This document shows, piece after piece, positions 21,954 to 30,984 of a stretch of DNA of 64,000 nt. A program made the translations under genes and the position numbers. Numbering within the stretch: the first letter of the stretch is position 1; each line of letters opens with the position of its first letter. This stretch comes from Gemmatimonadota bacterium (GTDB taxonomy: Bacteria > Gemmatimonadota > Gemmatimonadetes > Longimicrobiales > Gaopeijiaceae). The notes beneath the pieces are model-generated. The model worked only from the letters and a program-made list of their open reading frames with translations. It was not told where the DNA came from and searched no databases. The DNA lies in NCBI GenBank assembly GCA_039589315.1, contig JBDHHQ010000008.1, forward strand, positions 45,430 through 109,429, given 5' to 3'.

Positions 21954-23144
21954 GTGCGAATCCTCGTCGCGGGTGCACTCACCATCGAGCCCTTCTCCGC
22001 CGGCATCGCGTGGGACTGGATCCAGATCGCGGTGGGGTTGGAGAGACTCGGTCACGAGGTGTATTTCGTGGAGGAGCTGAAGAAGGGTTGGGCCGTCGAC
22101 CGGGCCGGCCGCCGAAGCTCGTATGCGGGTAGTGTCAATCGTCCCCGCTTCACAGCTCTCGTGGAACGGTTTGGCCTGGGGGAGCGAGCCTGTCAGATCT
22201 ACGACCGTGGGCGAGCCACGACGGGTCTGTCTCTGGCGGCCCTGCTGGCGGGGGCCGAGGACGCCGACCTGCTCCTGAATGTCTCGGGACACCTCAAGGA
22301 CCCTCGGATCCTGGAGCTCGTGCCCCGGCGGGCCTACCTGGACCAGGATCCCGTGTACACGCAGCTGTGGGTCGCGGAATACGGGAAGGACCTGGGATTC
22401 GAAGATCACGACGTCTTCTTCACCGTCGGCCTCGACGTCGGTACGCCAGCGTGTCCCATCCCGGACGCCGGTGTGAGCTGGCATCCCATGCTGCCTCCCG
22501 TCGTCGTCGACTTCTGGGAGCCATCCGACTCCGGTGAGACTGGCCACTTTACCACTGTGGCCTCTCTTACCGGCTACGCGGAGCTCGGCTTCGCCGGACG
22601 GAGCTACGGCTCCAAGCACGCCGAGTTCCGCAGGTTCGCCGATCTTCCGAGACGGGCAGGCCAACCCCTGGAGGTGGCGCTCAAGGCCTTCCGCGAGGAC
22701 GACCCTGTGATCCGGGAGATGCGGGCGGGCGGGTGGAAGATCAGCGACGGCAGCGAGGTGGACGGGCTGGACAAGTACCAGGCCTACATCGCGGCCTCTC
22801 GCGCCGAGATCGGCATCGCCCAGCATGCCTACGTGGCCGGCCGATCCGGATGGTTCAGCGACAGGTCCACCCACTATCTCGCTACGGGCAAGCCGGTATT
22901 GGCTCAGGCCACGGGCTTCGAGCGCCACCTCCCCGTGGGGCGGGGACTTCTGTCCTTTGCCACGGCCGACGAGGCGCGCGGGGGCATCGAAGCCATCAAC
23001 GCGGACTACCGAGCCCACTGCGAGGCCGCTCGGGAGCTGGCTGAAGTGCACCTGGACTACCGGGCCATCCTCCCGTCGTTCCTGGACGCGTGCATGTCCG
23101 CCCGGCCGCACGGGACTGCAGGCACGGGGAGCCCGGCGTCATGA
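21954..23144 (+). CDS. GT-B-like putative glycosyltransferase, paralog A1
   Basis: MRILVAG...GLERLGHEVYFVE N-terminus; C-terminal SRAEIGIA..GWFSDRSTHYLATGKPVLAQ.TG resembling a CgeB/GT4-type C-domain. Confidence 0.72.
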   Translation: MRILVAGALTIEPFSAGIAWDWIQIAVGLERLGHEVYFVEELKKGWAVDRAGRRSSYAGSVNRPRFTALVERFGLGERACQIYDRGRATTGLSLAALLAGAEDADLLLNVSGHLKDPRILELVPRRAYLDQDPVYTQLWVAEYGKDLGFEDHDVFFTVGLDVGTPACPIPDAGVSWHPMLPPVVVDFWEPSDSGETGHFTTVASLTGYAELGFAGRSYGSKHAEFRRFADLPRRAGQPLEVALKAFREDDPVIREMRAGGWKISDGSEVDGLDKYQAYIAASRAEIGIAQHAYVAGRSGWFSDRSTHYLATGKPVLAQATGFERHLPVGRGLLSFATADEARGGIEAINADYRAHCEAARELAEVHLDYRAILPSFLDACMSARPHGTAGTGSPAS

Positions 23145-24322
23145 CGCGAGTCGTGGTGGCGACCACCAACTGGAGTCGACGGCCGGAGTTCGGAGGGCTT
23201 TCCTGGGTGCCCCTGCAGTACGTACTGGGGCTCCGGGACCTGGGCGTCGCCGCCTTCTGGATCGATCACCTCAAGGGCGTGGATCCGTTCCGGAAGGATC
23301 ACACCGTGGACTACCTGCGGGCTCGGTTCCACGACCTCACCCGGAGCTTCGGGCTGGAAGCGGTCTCGGGCATCGTCTATGACCACGGGCGCGCTCATTT
23401 CGGCCTACCCGCCGACGCGCTGAGGCGGCTCGCCAATGAGGCCGACCTGCTCCTGACGTTGGGCAAGCCGCCCCCCACCTCGACGCCACTCCTGACGATC
23501 GCGCGGCGCGCGTACGTGGACATCGACCCCGGTTTCACTCAGGTCTGGGCCCAGCAGCGGGACATCGGCCTCGGACCATACGACTACTTCTTCACCGTGG
23601 GGCAAAACGTCGGCTCCCCGGAGTTCCCCATCGACACGGGTGAGGTCTCGTGGCGGCCGATCCTGCCGCCGGTCCACCTTCCCTCGTGGCCGGCCCGAAT
23701 CGACGATCGCTGCCGTCGCTTCTCGACAGTCGCGGACTGGCGGGGGAGTCAGACGGCTGAGCTGGACGGCGTGTGCTATGGTACGAAGCGCTCGGAGTTC
23801 ATCCGGTTCCTGCAGGTGCCCCTCCAGACCGGATCTCGCATAGACCTGGCCCTTTGCATCGGTCAGCAGGATCACGTGGACCTCGGCTTGCTGACCGGCC
23901 ACGAGTGGCGGGTGCGAGATCCGTATCAGTACGCCGGTGACGCGTTCTCGTACCGGGAGTTCGTGCAGCGCTCACGGGGTGAGTTCGGGGTGGCTAAGCA
24001 CGGCTATGTGCGGTCGGACTCCGGCTGGTTCAGTGACCGCACCGCATGCTACCTGGCCTCCGGCAAACCCGCCCTCGTGCAGTCGACCGGCTTCGAGGAG
24101 CGCGTGCCCACCGGCGAAGGACTCCTGACCTTCAGCGACCCGCCCGGGGCCGTGGCGGCCCTCCGTGAGGTCGAGGAGGACTACCTCCGACACTGCCACG
24201 CCGGCCGAGCGTTCGCTGAACGGCACCTCGACGCCGGTCGGATACTGACGGGCCTGCTGGAGCACGTAGGTTTGGCGCCCGGCGAGGGCGGCGTGACGAG
24301 GGCGGAAGGCCAGGCCCGATGA
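23141..24322 (+). CDS. GT-B-like putative glycosyltransferase, paralog B1
   Basis: QYVLGLRDLG, AYVDIDPGFTQ and GWFSDRTACYLASGKP motifs; ATGA overlap with A1. Confidence 0.72.
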   Translation: MTRVVVATTNWSRRPEFGGLSWVPLQYVLGLRDLGVAAFWIDHLKGVDPFRKDHTVDYLRARFHDLTRSFGLEAVSGIVYDHGRAHFGLPADALRRLANEADLLLTLGKPPPTSTPLLTIARRAYVDIDPGFTQVWAQQRDIGLGPYDYFFTVGQNVGSPEFPIDTGEVSWRPILPPVHLPSWPARIDDRCRRFSTVADWRGSQTAELDGVCYGTKRSEFIRFLQVPLQTGSRIDLALCIGQQDHVDLGLLTGHEWRVRDPYQYAGDAFSYREFVQRSRGEFGVAKHGYVRSDSGWFSDRTACYLASGKPALVQSTGFEERVPTGEGLLTFSDPPGAVAALREVEEDYLRHCHAGRAFAERHLDAGRILTGLLEHVGLAPGEGGVTRAEGQAR

Positions 24323-25299
24323 GCCCGGACGCGGAGACCTTGCGCCGCCTCCTCGAGGGAGCGTTCCTTCCCACCCTGTCGGGAGGGCAGGATCTCGACG
24401 GATTCACCTATGCGCCCTTCGAGGGCGCAGGATGGTACCGCGCGTACACAGTGGACGTTCGGTTCCGGGATGGCGCCGCCCACCGGCTCTTCCTCAAGGA
24501 CCTCGGGGCGCCGAGGGGCGGCAAGGGAGACATGGTTGGCCGCAGGGAGCGCGAGCGCTGCGTCTACGAACGTCTCCTACAGCCAGAGCGTGACGGAACG
24601 GCCCGTCTCTATGGGGTCGAGTGGGATCCAGAGGGGGCACGCTATTGGCTCCTGCTCGAGTACGTCGAGGGCACCCCGGTGAGGCAGCTCGATTTCGAGA
24701 CCTGGCGCGGCGCGGCCGCCTGGCTCGCCCGGTTCCAGGCGGGGTTCAGCGCCCACACGGGGAGGGCCGCCCGGTGTGACCTGGTCCGGCACGACGAGCC
24801 CTTTTTCCTGGACGTGGCCCGTGGAGCCGTCGACGCGGTGACCCTGTGGTGCCGAGCGGCAGGAGCTCGGGTACTCGAGCTCCTGGATGGCTACGACCGC
24901 CATCTCTCCCGACTCCTCGAGCAGCCGCCCACCCTGGTTCACGGTGCCTTTCTTCCCATGCAGATCCTGGCCGTGGGTGACGATGGTGGGCGGTTGTGCC
25001 CCGTCGACTGGGAGCTGGCTGGCTTGGGCCCACCGCTCTACGACCTCGGCTTCCTGGCGTACGGGTTCAAGGGCGCGGAGCGGCGCTCCCTCCTGGCCGC
25101 GTACCGGGAAGAAGCCACGCAGCTGGGCTCGGCGGTACCGGAAGACCTGTCCAGGCGAGTCGCCTGCGTGGAGGTGCACCGAACGCTCGCCGCCCTCGGA
25201 CAGTCAGTGGAGCGGGCCTACGACGACGAGGCGATCGGCGAGTACCTGGACATCCTGGAGGGACTGTTGGCCAGGATCGGCGCAGAGGAGGTGGTCTGA
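24319..25299 (+). CDS. APH-like phosphotransferase K3 (degenerate catalytic loop)
   Basis: LFLK, LLLEYVEG, TLVHGAFLPMQI and VDWELAG.G..LYDL motifs. Confidence 0.78.
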   Translation: MSPDAETLRRLLEGAFLPTLSGGQDLDGFTYAPFEGAGWYRAYTVDVRFRDGAAHRLFLKDLGAPRGGKGDMVGRRERERCVYERLLQPERDGTARLYGVEWDPEGARYWLLLEYVEGTPVRQLDFETWRGAAAWLARFQAGFSAHTGRAARCDLVRHDEPFFLDVARGAVDAVTLWCRAAGARVLELLDGYDRHLSRLLEQPPTLVHGAFLPMQILAVGDDGGRLCPVDWELAGLGPPLYDLGFLAYGFKGAERRSLLAAYREEATQLGSAVPEDLSRRVACVEVHRTLAALGQSVERAYDDEAIGEYLDILEGLLARIGAEEVV

Positions 25300-25388
25300 G
25301 TGGCCACCGGATCCTGGTGCTCCGACGGGCGCGCCCCCAGCAGGCGGCACGCTTCCACGGCTTCGACCCCGGGCACGGGTCGATCTCC

Positions 25389-26579
25389 ATGAGGATCGTG
25401 CTCGGCGCCGTCGTCTCCCGTTTCCTTCCCGGCGAAGTCCTGCACCGAGCCCAGTACGTGGAGGGGCTACGCCGCCTGGGCCATGACGTGATCTGGATCG
25501 AGGAGCTGGAGCCGAAGGGCTGTGTCGACGGCCGAGGATGGCCCACGGACTATGCGCACTGCGCCAATACCGAGGGATTCCGTCGCGCCATGGCGTACTT
25601 CGGCCTGGAGGAGCGGTCCGCCCAGATCTACGACGGAGGCCGAGCCACGGTAGGGCTCGGCCTCGCTGGGGTTCTCGACGAGGTGGGCTCGGCGGACCTC
25701 CTCCTCAACTTCTCGGGGCACGTGCGTCACCCGGAGATCCTGGACCGGATTCCCAGGCGCGCCTACCTGGATTCCGACCCCGTATTCACCCAGCTGTGGA
25801 ATGACCAATACGAGGAAGACCTGGGCTTCGACGCCCACCATGTCTTCTTCACCCGGGGCGCGAATCTCGCCGCTGGTCTCTGTCGGCTTCCCGACTGCGG
25901 TCTCGACTGGCAACCCTACATGCCGCCGCTCGTCTTGGACTTGTGGCCGGCCCTCACCGCGCCGAGCCCTGGCCCGTTCACGACGATCGCGGCTTGGGGG
26001 CGGTACGGAGACCTGTTCCACGAAGGCGACTGGTATCGGTCGAAGACGTCCGAGTTCCGCCGGTTTGCCGATCTGCCGCGGGCCTCCCCCCACGAGTTCC
26101 GTCTGGCGCTCTCCGGCCGGGAGTACGATCCGGAGACTGCCGATCACCTGGTCACCCGGGGCTGGCGGCTCTTGGAGGGCGGAGCCCTGGGGTCCGTCGA
26201 CGACTACGTGGCGTTCATTCGCCACTCCGGTGCGGAGATCGGGGTGGCCAAGCACGCGTACGTCCGGGCTCGAACCGGTTGGTTCAGCGAGCGGAGCACG
26301 CAGTACCTGGCAAGCGGCAAGCCCGTGTTGGTGCAGGACACGGGACTGGAGGGGGTGCTCCCTACGGGCCGGGGATTGGTGACCTTCGAGACCCTCGACG
26401 AGGCCGCAGCCGGCGCGGCCGAGATCATGGGCAGCTACCCGGTACACGCTCGGGCGGCCCGGGAGCTGGCCACGGCGTGCTTCGACCACGAGAAGCTGCT
26501 GGACGAGTTGCTCCAGCGATGCTTCTCTGAGGTCGAGGGCTCACCGCCGCCGAGACCGAGCGGAGGGGCCGTCCGATGA
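25389..26579 (+). CDS. GT-B-like putative glycosyltransferase, paralog A2
   Basis: MRIVLGA..GLRRLGHDVIWIEE, AYLDSDPVFTQ and GWFSERSTQYLASGKPVLVQDTG motifs. Confidence 0.72.
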   Translation: MRIVLGAVVSRFLPGEVLHRAQYVEGLRRLGHDVIWIEELEPKGCVDGRGWPTDYAHCANTEGFRRAMAYFGLEERSAQIYDGGRATVGLGLAGVLDEVGSADLLLNFSGHVRHPEILDRIPRRAYLDSDPVFTQLWNDQYEEDLGFDAHHVFFTRGANLAAGLCRLPDCGLDWQPYMPPLVLDLWPALTAPSPGPFTTIAAWGRYGDLFHEGDWYRSKTSEFRRFADLPRASPHEFRLALSGREYDPETADHLVTRGWRLLEGGALGSVDDYVAFIRHSGAEIGVAKHAYVRARTGWFSERSTQYLASGKPVLVQDTGLEGVLPTGRGLVTFETLDEAAAGAAEIMGSYPVHARAARELATACFDHEKLLDELLQRCFSEVEGSPPPRPSGGAVR

Positions 26580-27760
26580 CCGCGAGTCGCGAGGCCCGCG
26601 AGGGGTGGGTGGAGGGGCGCAACACGCCCAGGGTCATCGTCTCTACCCGCAACACCAGCCTCGTGCCCGAGTTCGGCGGGTCGTTCTGGGTGCGGCTGCA
26701 GTACCTCTTGGGCTTCCGGGACCTGGGTGTCGATGCCTATTGGATCGACCGTTTGGACCCGCCCGATCCCGGCCGGCAGGCTCACAGCATCGAGTACATG
26801 ATCCGGCGGTTCGCCTCCTCTCTCGAGGCCTTCGGCCTGGGAGATCGTTTCGCTGTCCTCTACGAGCGAGAGGGACAGTGCTTCGGCGGGGACCAGACGG
26901 ACGTACGCGAGCGAGTGGACGGGGCAGACGTCCTGATCAACATCGGCGGATTCCTCCCCCAGGGGTCGCTACTCACCCGGATCCCACGGCGGGCCTACGT
27001 GGACGTCGATCCCGGCTTCACCCAGATCTGGGCTCACGACGTCGACGTCTGGCTCGAGCAGCACACGTGCTTCTTCACCGTCGGTCAGAACGTGGGAGCC
27101 CCCGAGTTCCCCATCCCCACGCGTGACATCCCCTGGCGCCCCATCCTTCCGCCGGTCCACCTGCCGTCTTGGCCGGCTCGCATCGATGAGCGCAGCCGCC
27201 GCTTCTCGACGGTGGCCGACTGGCGTGGATCTCAAGACGCGCTGTTCGAGGGCGAGTATTACGGCACGAAGCGCTCCGAGTTCGTCCACTACCTGCACGT
27301 ACCGTTACGGGCGGGTCGGCGCATCGAAGTCGCGCTCTGCATCGGTCAGCAGGATCACGAGGATCTGGGTCTGTTGCTGGACCACGACTGGCGAGCACGC
27401 GAGGCATACCGGTACGCCGGCGACCCATTCGCCTATCGCGAGTTCATCCAGTACTCCCGGGCCGAGTTCGGGATCGCCAAGCACGGCTACGTCAAGTCGA
27501 ACTCGGGCTGGTTCAGCGACCGCACCGCCTGCTACCTGGCCTCGGGCAAACCAGCGATCGTGCAGTCGACCGGGTTCGAGCATCGACTGCCCACGGGGCA
27601 GGGGCTGCTCACCTTCCGGAGCGTGGACGAGGCTGTCGCTGCCATCCAGGACGTCGAAGAGCACTACCTGGACCACTGTGCCGCGGCCCGCTCCTTCGCT
27701 GAAGAGCACCTCGACGCGGCGAAGACCCTCGTGTACATGCTCGAGCAGCTGGAAGGGTGA
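26576..27760 (+). CDS. GT-B-like putative glycosyltransferase, paralog B2
   Basis: QYLLGFRDLG, AYVDVDPGFTQ and GWFSDRTACYLASGKP motifs; C-terminal half closely matches B1. Confidence 0.72.
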   Translation: MTASREAREGWVEGRNTPRVIVSTRNTSLVPEFGGSFWVRLQYLLGFRDLGVDAYWIDRLDPPDPGRQAHSIEYMIRRFASSLEAFGLGDRFAVLYEREGQCFGGDQTDVRERVDGADVLINIGGFLPQGSLLTRIPRRAYVDVDPGFTQIWAHDVDVWLEQHTCFFTVGQNVGAPEFPIPTRDIPWRPILPPVHLPSWPARIDERSRRFSTVADWRGSQDALFEGEYYGTKRSEFVHYLHVPLRAGRRIEVALCIGQQDHEDLGLLLDHDWRAREAYRYAGDPFAYREFIQYSRAEFGIAKHGYVKSNSGWFSDRTACYLASGKPAIVQSTGFEHRLPTGQGLLTFRSVDEAVAAIQDVEEHYLDHCAAARSFAEEHLDAAKTLVYMLEQLEG

Positions 27761-28776
27761 CGATGGCTGAGGCCGCGGGTCCGATCCGCGTGGACGAGGA
27801 TCTCCTCCGGAGGCGCGTGGAGGGCGTGCTTCGGGAGACGCTCGGTCGGCACCGGTCGGTGCGCGACCTGAGGCGCGTTCCCAGCGAGTTCGCCACCGTG
27901 TTCCCGGCCGACGTGCTCTACGTGACCTTGGACGACGGGCGGGAGCTGCGGCTGTTCCTCAAGCACCTGGGTGCCAGCGACCATCCGGAGAAGAAGAAGC
28001 CCGAAAGGGAGGCCATCGTATACCGGGAGCTGCTGGCGGGATCAGATCTGCCGGTGCCGGCTTTCTACGGTGCCGCGTGGAACCCCGACGGCGAACGGCA
28101 GGAGCTCTACCTCGAGTTCATCGACGACTGGTCCCTGAAGTACCAACCCATCGACCAGTGGTACCTGGCCGCAAGCGTCCTCGCCGAGTTCCACGTCGCG
28201 ATGGCGGCTCGGGACGAGGAGCTCACTCGGTGCGACGCCCTGCAGTCCCTGGATGCGCCCTACTTTCGGACCTACGCGAATCGGGCCCGTAACCAGCTGA
28301 TGGGGCACACGCCCGCACTGCTCAACGCGTTGGACGCGGTGCTGTCTGGGTACGACCGGGTCGTTCGAGAGCTCGTCCGCGCGACGCCGACGTTGGTGAA
28401 CGCCGACCTCTCTCCCCGCAACGTCCTGGCCGACCGGTCGAGGGCGCCGGCACGGGTGTGCTTCATAGACTGGGAGAGCGCAGGTAGGGGGGCTGGCGCT
28501 CTCGACATCGCTCACCTCGCCTACGGGCTCGAAGGCGAACCCAGGAAGCTGATGCTGGACGCCTACTTCGGTGGCCTGGCAGGAACCCCCCTCGATCCCG
28601 GCTCACCCCTTCGGCGCCGCCGCCTGGTGGCGGCCGCCGAGGCTCACAAGGCGTTGTACCGCATCGCCCGCTGCAACTACCGGGGCTATTCCGAGCGGAC
28701 GGTGACCAAGTTGGTCGCCGAAGCGCGCACCAGCTCGCGAGAGCTCGAGCAGGCCTCCGGCGAGGAGTCGGACTGA
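27757..28776 (+). CDS. APH-like phosphotransferase K4
   Basis: ATVFPADV, LFLK, TLVNADLSPRNV and IDWESAG motifs; start GTG 27757 or ATG 27763. Confidence 0.83.
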   Translation: MTMAEAAGPIRVDEDLLRRRVEGVLRETLGRHRSVRDLRRVPSEFATVFPADVLYVTLDDGRELRLFLKHLGASDHPEKKKPEREAIVYRELLAGSDLPVPAFYGAAWNPDGERQELYLEFIDDWSLKYQPIDQWYLAASVLAEFHVAMAARDEELTRCDALQSLDAPYFRTYANRARNQLMGHTPALLNALDAVLSGYDRVVRELVRATPTLVNADLSPRNVLADRSRAPARVCFIDWESAGRGAGALDIAHLAYGLEGEPRKLMLDAYFGGLAGTPLDPGSPLRRRRLVAAAEAHKALYRIARCNYRGYSERTVTKLVAEARTSSRELEQASGEESD

Positions 28777-29759
28777 TGTCCCGACCGCACGTCGCCACCC
28801 GTTCCCTGGATCACGAGCGCGGTCTCCTGGAAGAGATTCTGACCGGCTGGTCGGGGGACGAGATCCGGATCCGCGCGCTGGACCGCCGGGCCTGCGAATT
28901 CGCCGGGAGGTGGCCGTCCCAGATCCTGGACGCGGAGCTCGAGAGCGGCGCTCGCCTCTCGGTCATACGGAAGCAGGTCGGCGTGAGCGGCCATCCGGAC
29001 AAGTCATATCCCGACAAGGAGATCCGGATGTACGCGCGGGTGCTGCTGGGGGGGTCCCTGCCCGTGCCCCGGTACTTCGGCGCGAGGTGGGACGAGGCGG
29101 CGCAGACGCACGAGCTCTATCTCGAATACGTGGACGCCTTGTCCCTCAAGTACCAGGGCATCGCTCTGTGGTACAGGGCGGCGGAGGCCATCGGCCAGCT
29201 CCACGCGCACTTCGCGCACCGCCTCGACGACCTCAGGGCGGAGGAGGCGCTTCAAACCCTGGACGCTGCGTACTTTCGACGTTGGGCGGAGCGGGCCCGC
29301 GTCGAGCTCGACGCGCACCTCCCGGATCTGAGCCCCGAGCTCGCCACGCTGCTGTCCGGGTACGACGACGTGGTCGTGCTCCTGGCTGAGGCGCAGCGGA
29401 CCCTGGTGCACAACGACCTGGGGGCGCGCAACGTGGTGGTGGACGCCGGACGGGCCCCCCCGCGCGTGTGCATCGTCGACTGGGAGAACGCGGGTATCGG
29501 GTGCGGCGTGGTCGATCTCACCCACCTGACCTACGGGTTGGCGGAAGACGAGCGCCGCCGGATGTGCCGGGCGTACTTCGCGAAGCTCGAGGGCTCGCCT
29601 CTGGCCGTCGGTGAAGTCGCTGGCGCGGACCGGCTGGCCGCGGCGGGGGAGGTGCATCGCGTGGTCTATCGGCTCGGACGATGCCGCCGCCGAGGTTACA
29701 GCCGGGAGGCGGTGCTGGGCCTGCTCGCACACGCCGTCCGATTCCGCAATCGCATCTGA
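28776..29759 (+). CDS. APH-like phosphotransferase K5
   Basis: HPDK, LYLEYV, TLVHNDLGARNV and VDWENAG motifs. Confidence 0.83.
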   Translation: MSRPHVATRSLDHERGLLEEILTGWSGDEIRIRALDRRACEFAGRWPSQILDAELESGARLSVIRKQVGVSGHPDKSYPDKEIRMYARVLLGGSLPVPRYFGARWDEAAQTHELYLEYVDALSLKYQGIALWYRAAEAIGQLHAHFAHRLDDLRAEEALQTLDAAYFRRWAERARVELDAHLPDLSPELATLLSGYDDVVVLLAEAQRTLVHNDLGARNVVVDAGRAPPRVCIVDWENAGIGCGVVDLTHLTYGLAEDERRRMCRAYFAKLEGSPLAVGEVAGADRLAAAGEVHRVVYRLGRCRRRGYSREAVLGLLAHAVRFRNRI

Positions 29760-29829
29760 GGAGAAGCGTGGACGCTCGGTACAACTTCCCGGACATCGCG
29801 GACGTCGTGACTCGCTCTGCCGGTCGGTC

Positions 29830-30984
29830 ATGAAGATCATCGTGTCGTCCAACTTCTCACACTGTGCCCACCGTCCAGGGGCCCTGGACAACCGCGTGGC
29901 CCACGTACGTGGGCTGGCGAGCCTCGGTCACGAGGTCTACGTGATAGAGGACGTGGCTCCCGAGAGGTGCTTCGACGCTAGATACGAGCCTGTTCGGTTC
30001 GAGGACTGGGCCGGCCGCGACCGCTTCCGCTCTGTCGTCGGCGCGCTCGGTCTGCGGACCAGGTCCGCGCTCATCTACGACCGGGGTCGGGCGACGTACG
30101 GGATGTCTCTGGCCGAGGTGGAGTCTCACGCGAGGTCGGCCGATCTCCTCGTCAGCATCGCCAGCGCCCTGGATACGGAGTCCGTGCGAGACGTGGTCCC
30201 GTGCCGGGTCTATGTCGACACGGCGCCGGCCAAGGTCCAGGTCTACCACGCTCAGTACGGGATAGACTACGGCTTCGAGCACTATCATCACTTCTTCACG
30301 TTCGGATTGAACATCGGGTCCGCGGACTGTCCGATCCCCACCTGTGGCGTGCAGTGGCGGGGAATCCTGCCTCCCGTGGTCCTGGCCGATTGGCCCCGGG
30401 CAACGTCGCTCGAAGGCGACCGCTTCACGACCGTATCGAGCTGGGCCGGAAGCAAGCACACGTTCGACTACGCGGGGATCTACTCGGGAGACAAGGCGGA
30501 CGAGTGGAGACGATTCGCCGAGCTCCCGGGGAAGACCGACCAGACGCTCGAGATCGCGTTGAACATCCATCCCGCCTACCGGGAGGACATCGAGCTGCTG
30601 GAGGGAAACGGATGGGTCCTGCGGCCTGCGGCCGAGCTCGATTCCGTCGAGACCTACCGGACGTACCTCAGCGAATCCCGGGCGGAGCTCAGCGTCGCCA
30701 ACGCCCGCTACGTGCGCTTCAACACCGGGTTCTTCGGTGACCGGACGGCTCGCTACCTCGCCTGCGGCAGGCCGGCCCTGATCCAGCGGACCGGGTTCGA
30801 TGGCCAGCTGCCGGTGGGGGAAGGACTCCTGACGTTCGAGACGCTGGAGGAGGCCGCCGCAGGTATCCAGGAGATCAACGGGCGCTACGCCCGCCACGCC
30901 GAGGCGGCCCGGAGCATCGCGGAAGAGTACTTCGACGCCGAGCGCGTGCTCTCCCGAGTGCTCGCGGAGATCGGTTGTCCATGA
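29830..30984 (+). CDS. GT-B-like putative glycosyltransferase, paralog C1
   Basis: MKIIVSS..GLASLGHEVYVIE, YVDTAP and GFFGDRTARYLACGRPALIQ.TG motifs. Confidence 0.72.
   Translation: MKIIVSSNFSHCAHRPGALDNRVAHVRGLASLGHEVYVIEDVAPERCFDARYEPVRFEDWAGRDRFRSVVGALGLRTRSALIYDRGRATYGMSLAEVESHARSADLLVSIASALDTESVRDVVPCRVYVDTAPAKVQVYHAQYGIDYGFEHYHHFFTFGLNIGSADCPIPTCGVQWRGILPPVVLADWPRATSLEGDRFTTVSSWAGSKHTFDYAGIYSGDKADEWRRFAELPGKTDQTLEIALNIHPAYREDIELLEGNGWVLRPAAELDSVETYRTYLSESRAELSVANARYVRFNTGFFGDRTARYLACGRPALIQRTGFDGQLPVGEGLLTFETLEEAAAGIQEINGRYARHAEAARSIAEEYFDAERVLSRVLAEIGCP

Noticed and set aside
19792..29759. Kinases as aminoglycoside-resistance genes
   Set aside because: Only the fold-level motifs are shared. 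The context is biosynthetic, and two copies lack the catalytic Asp.
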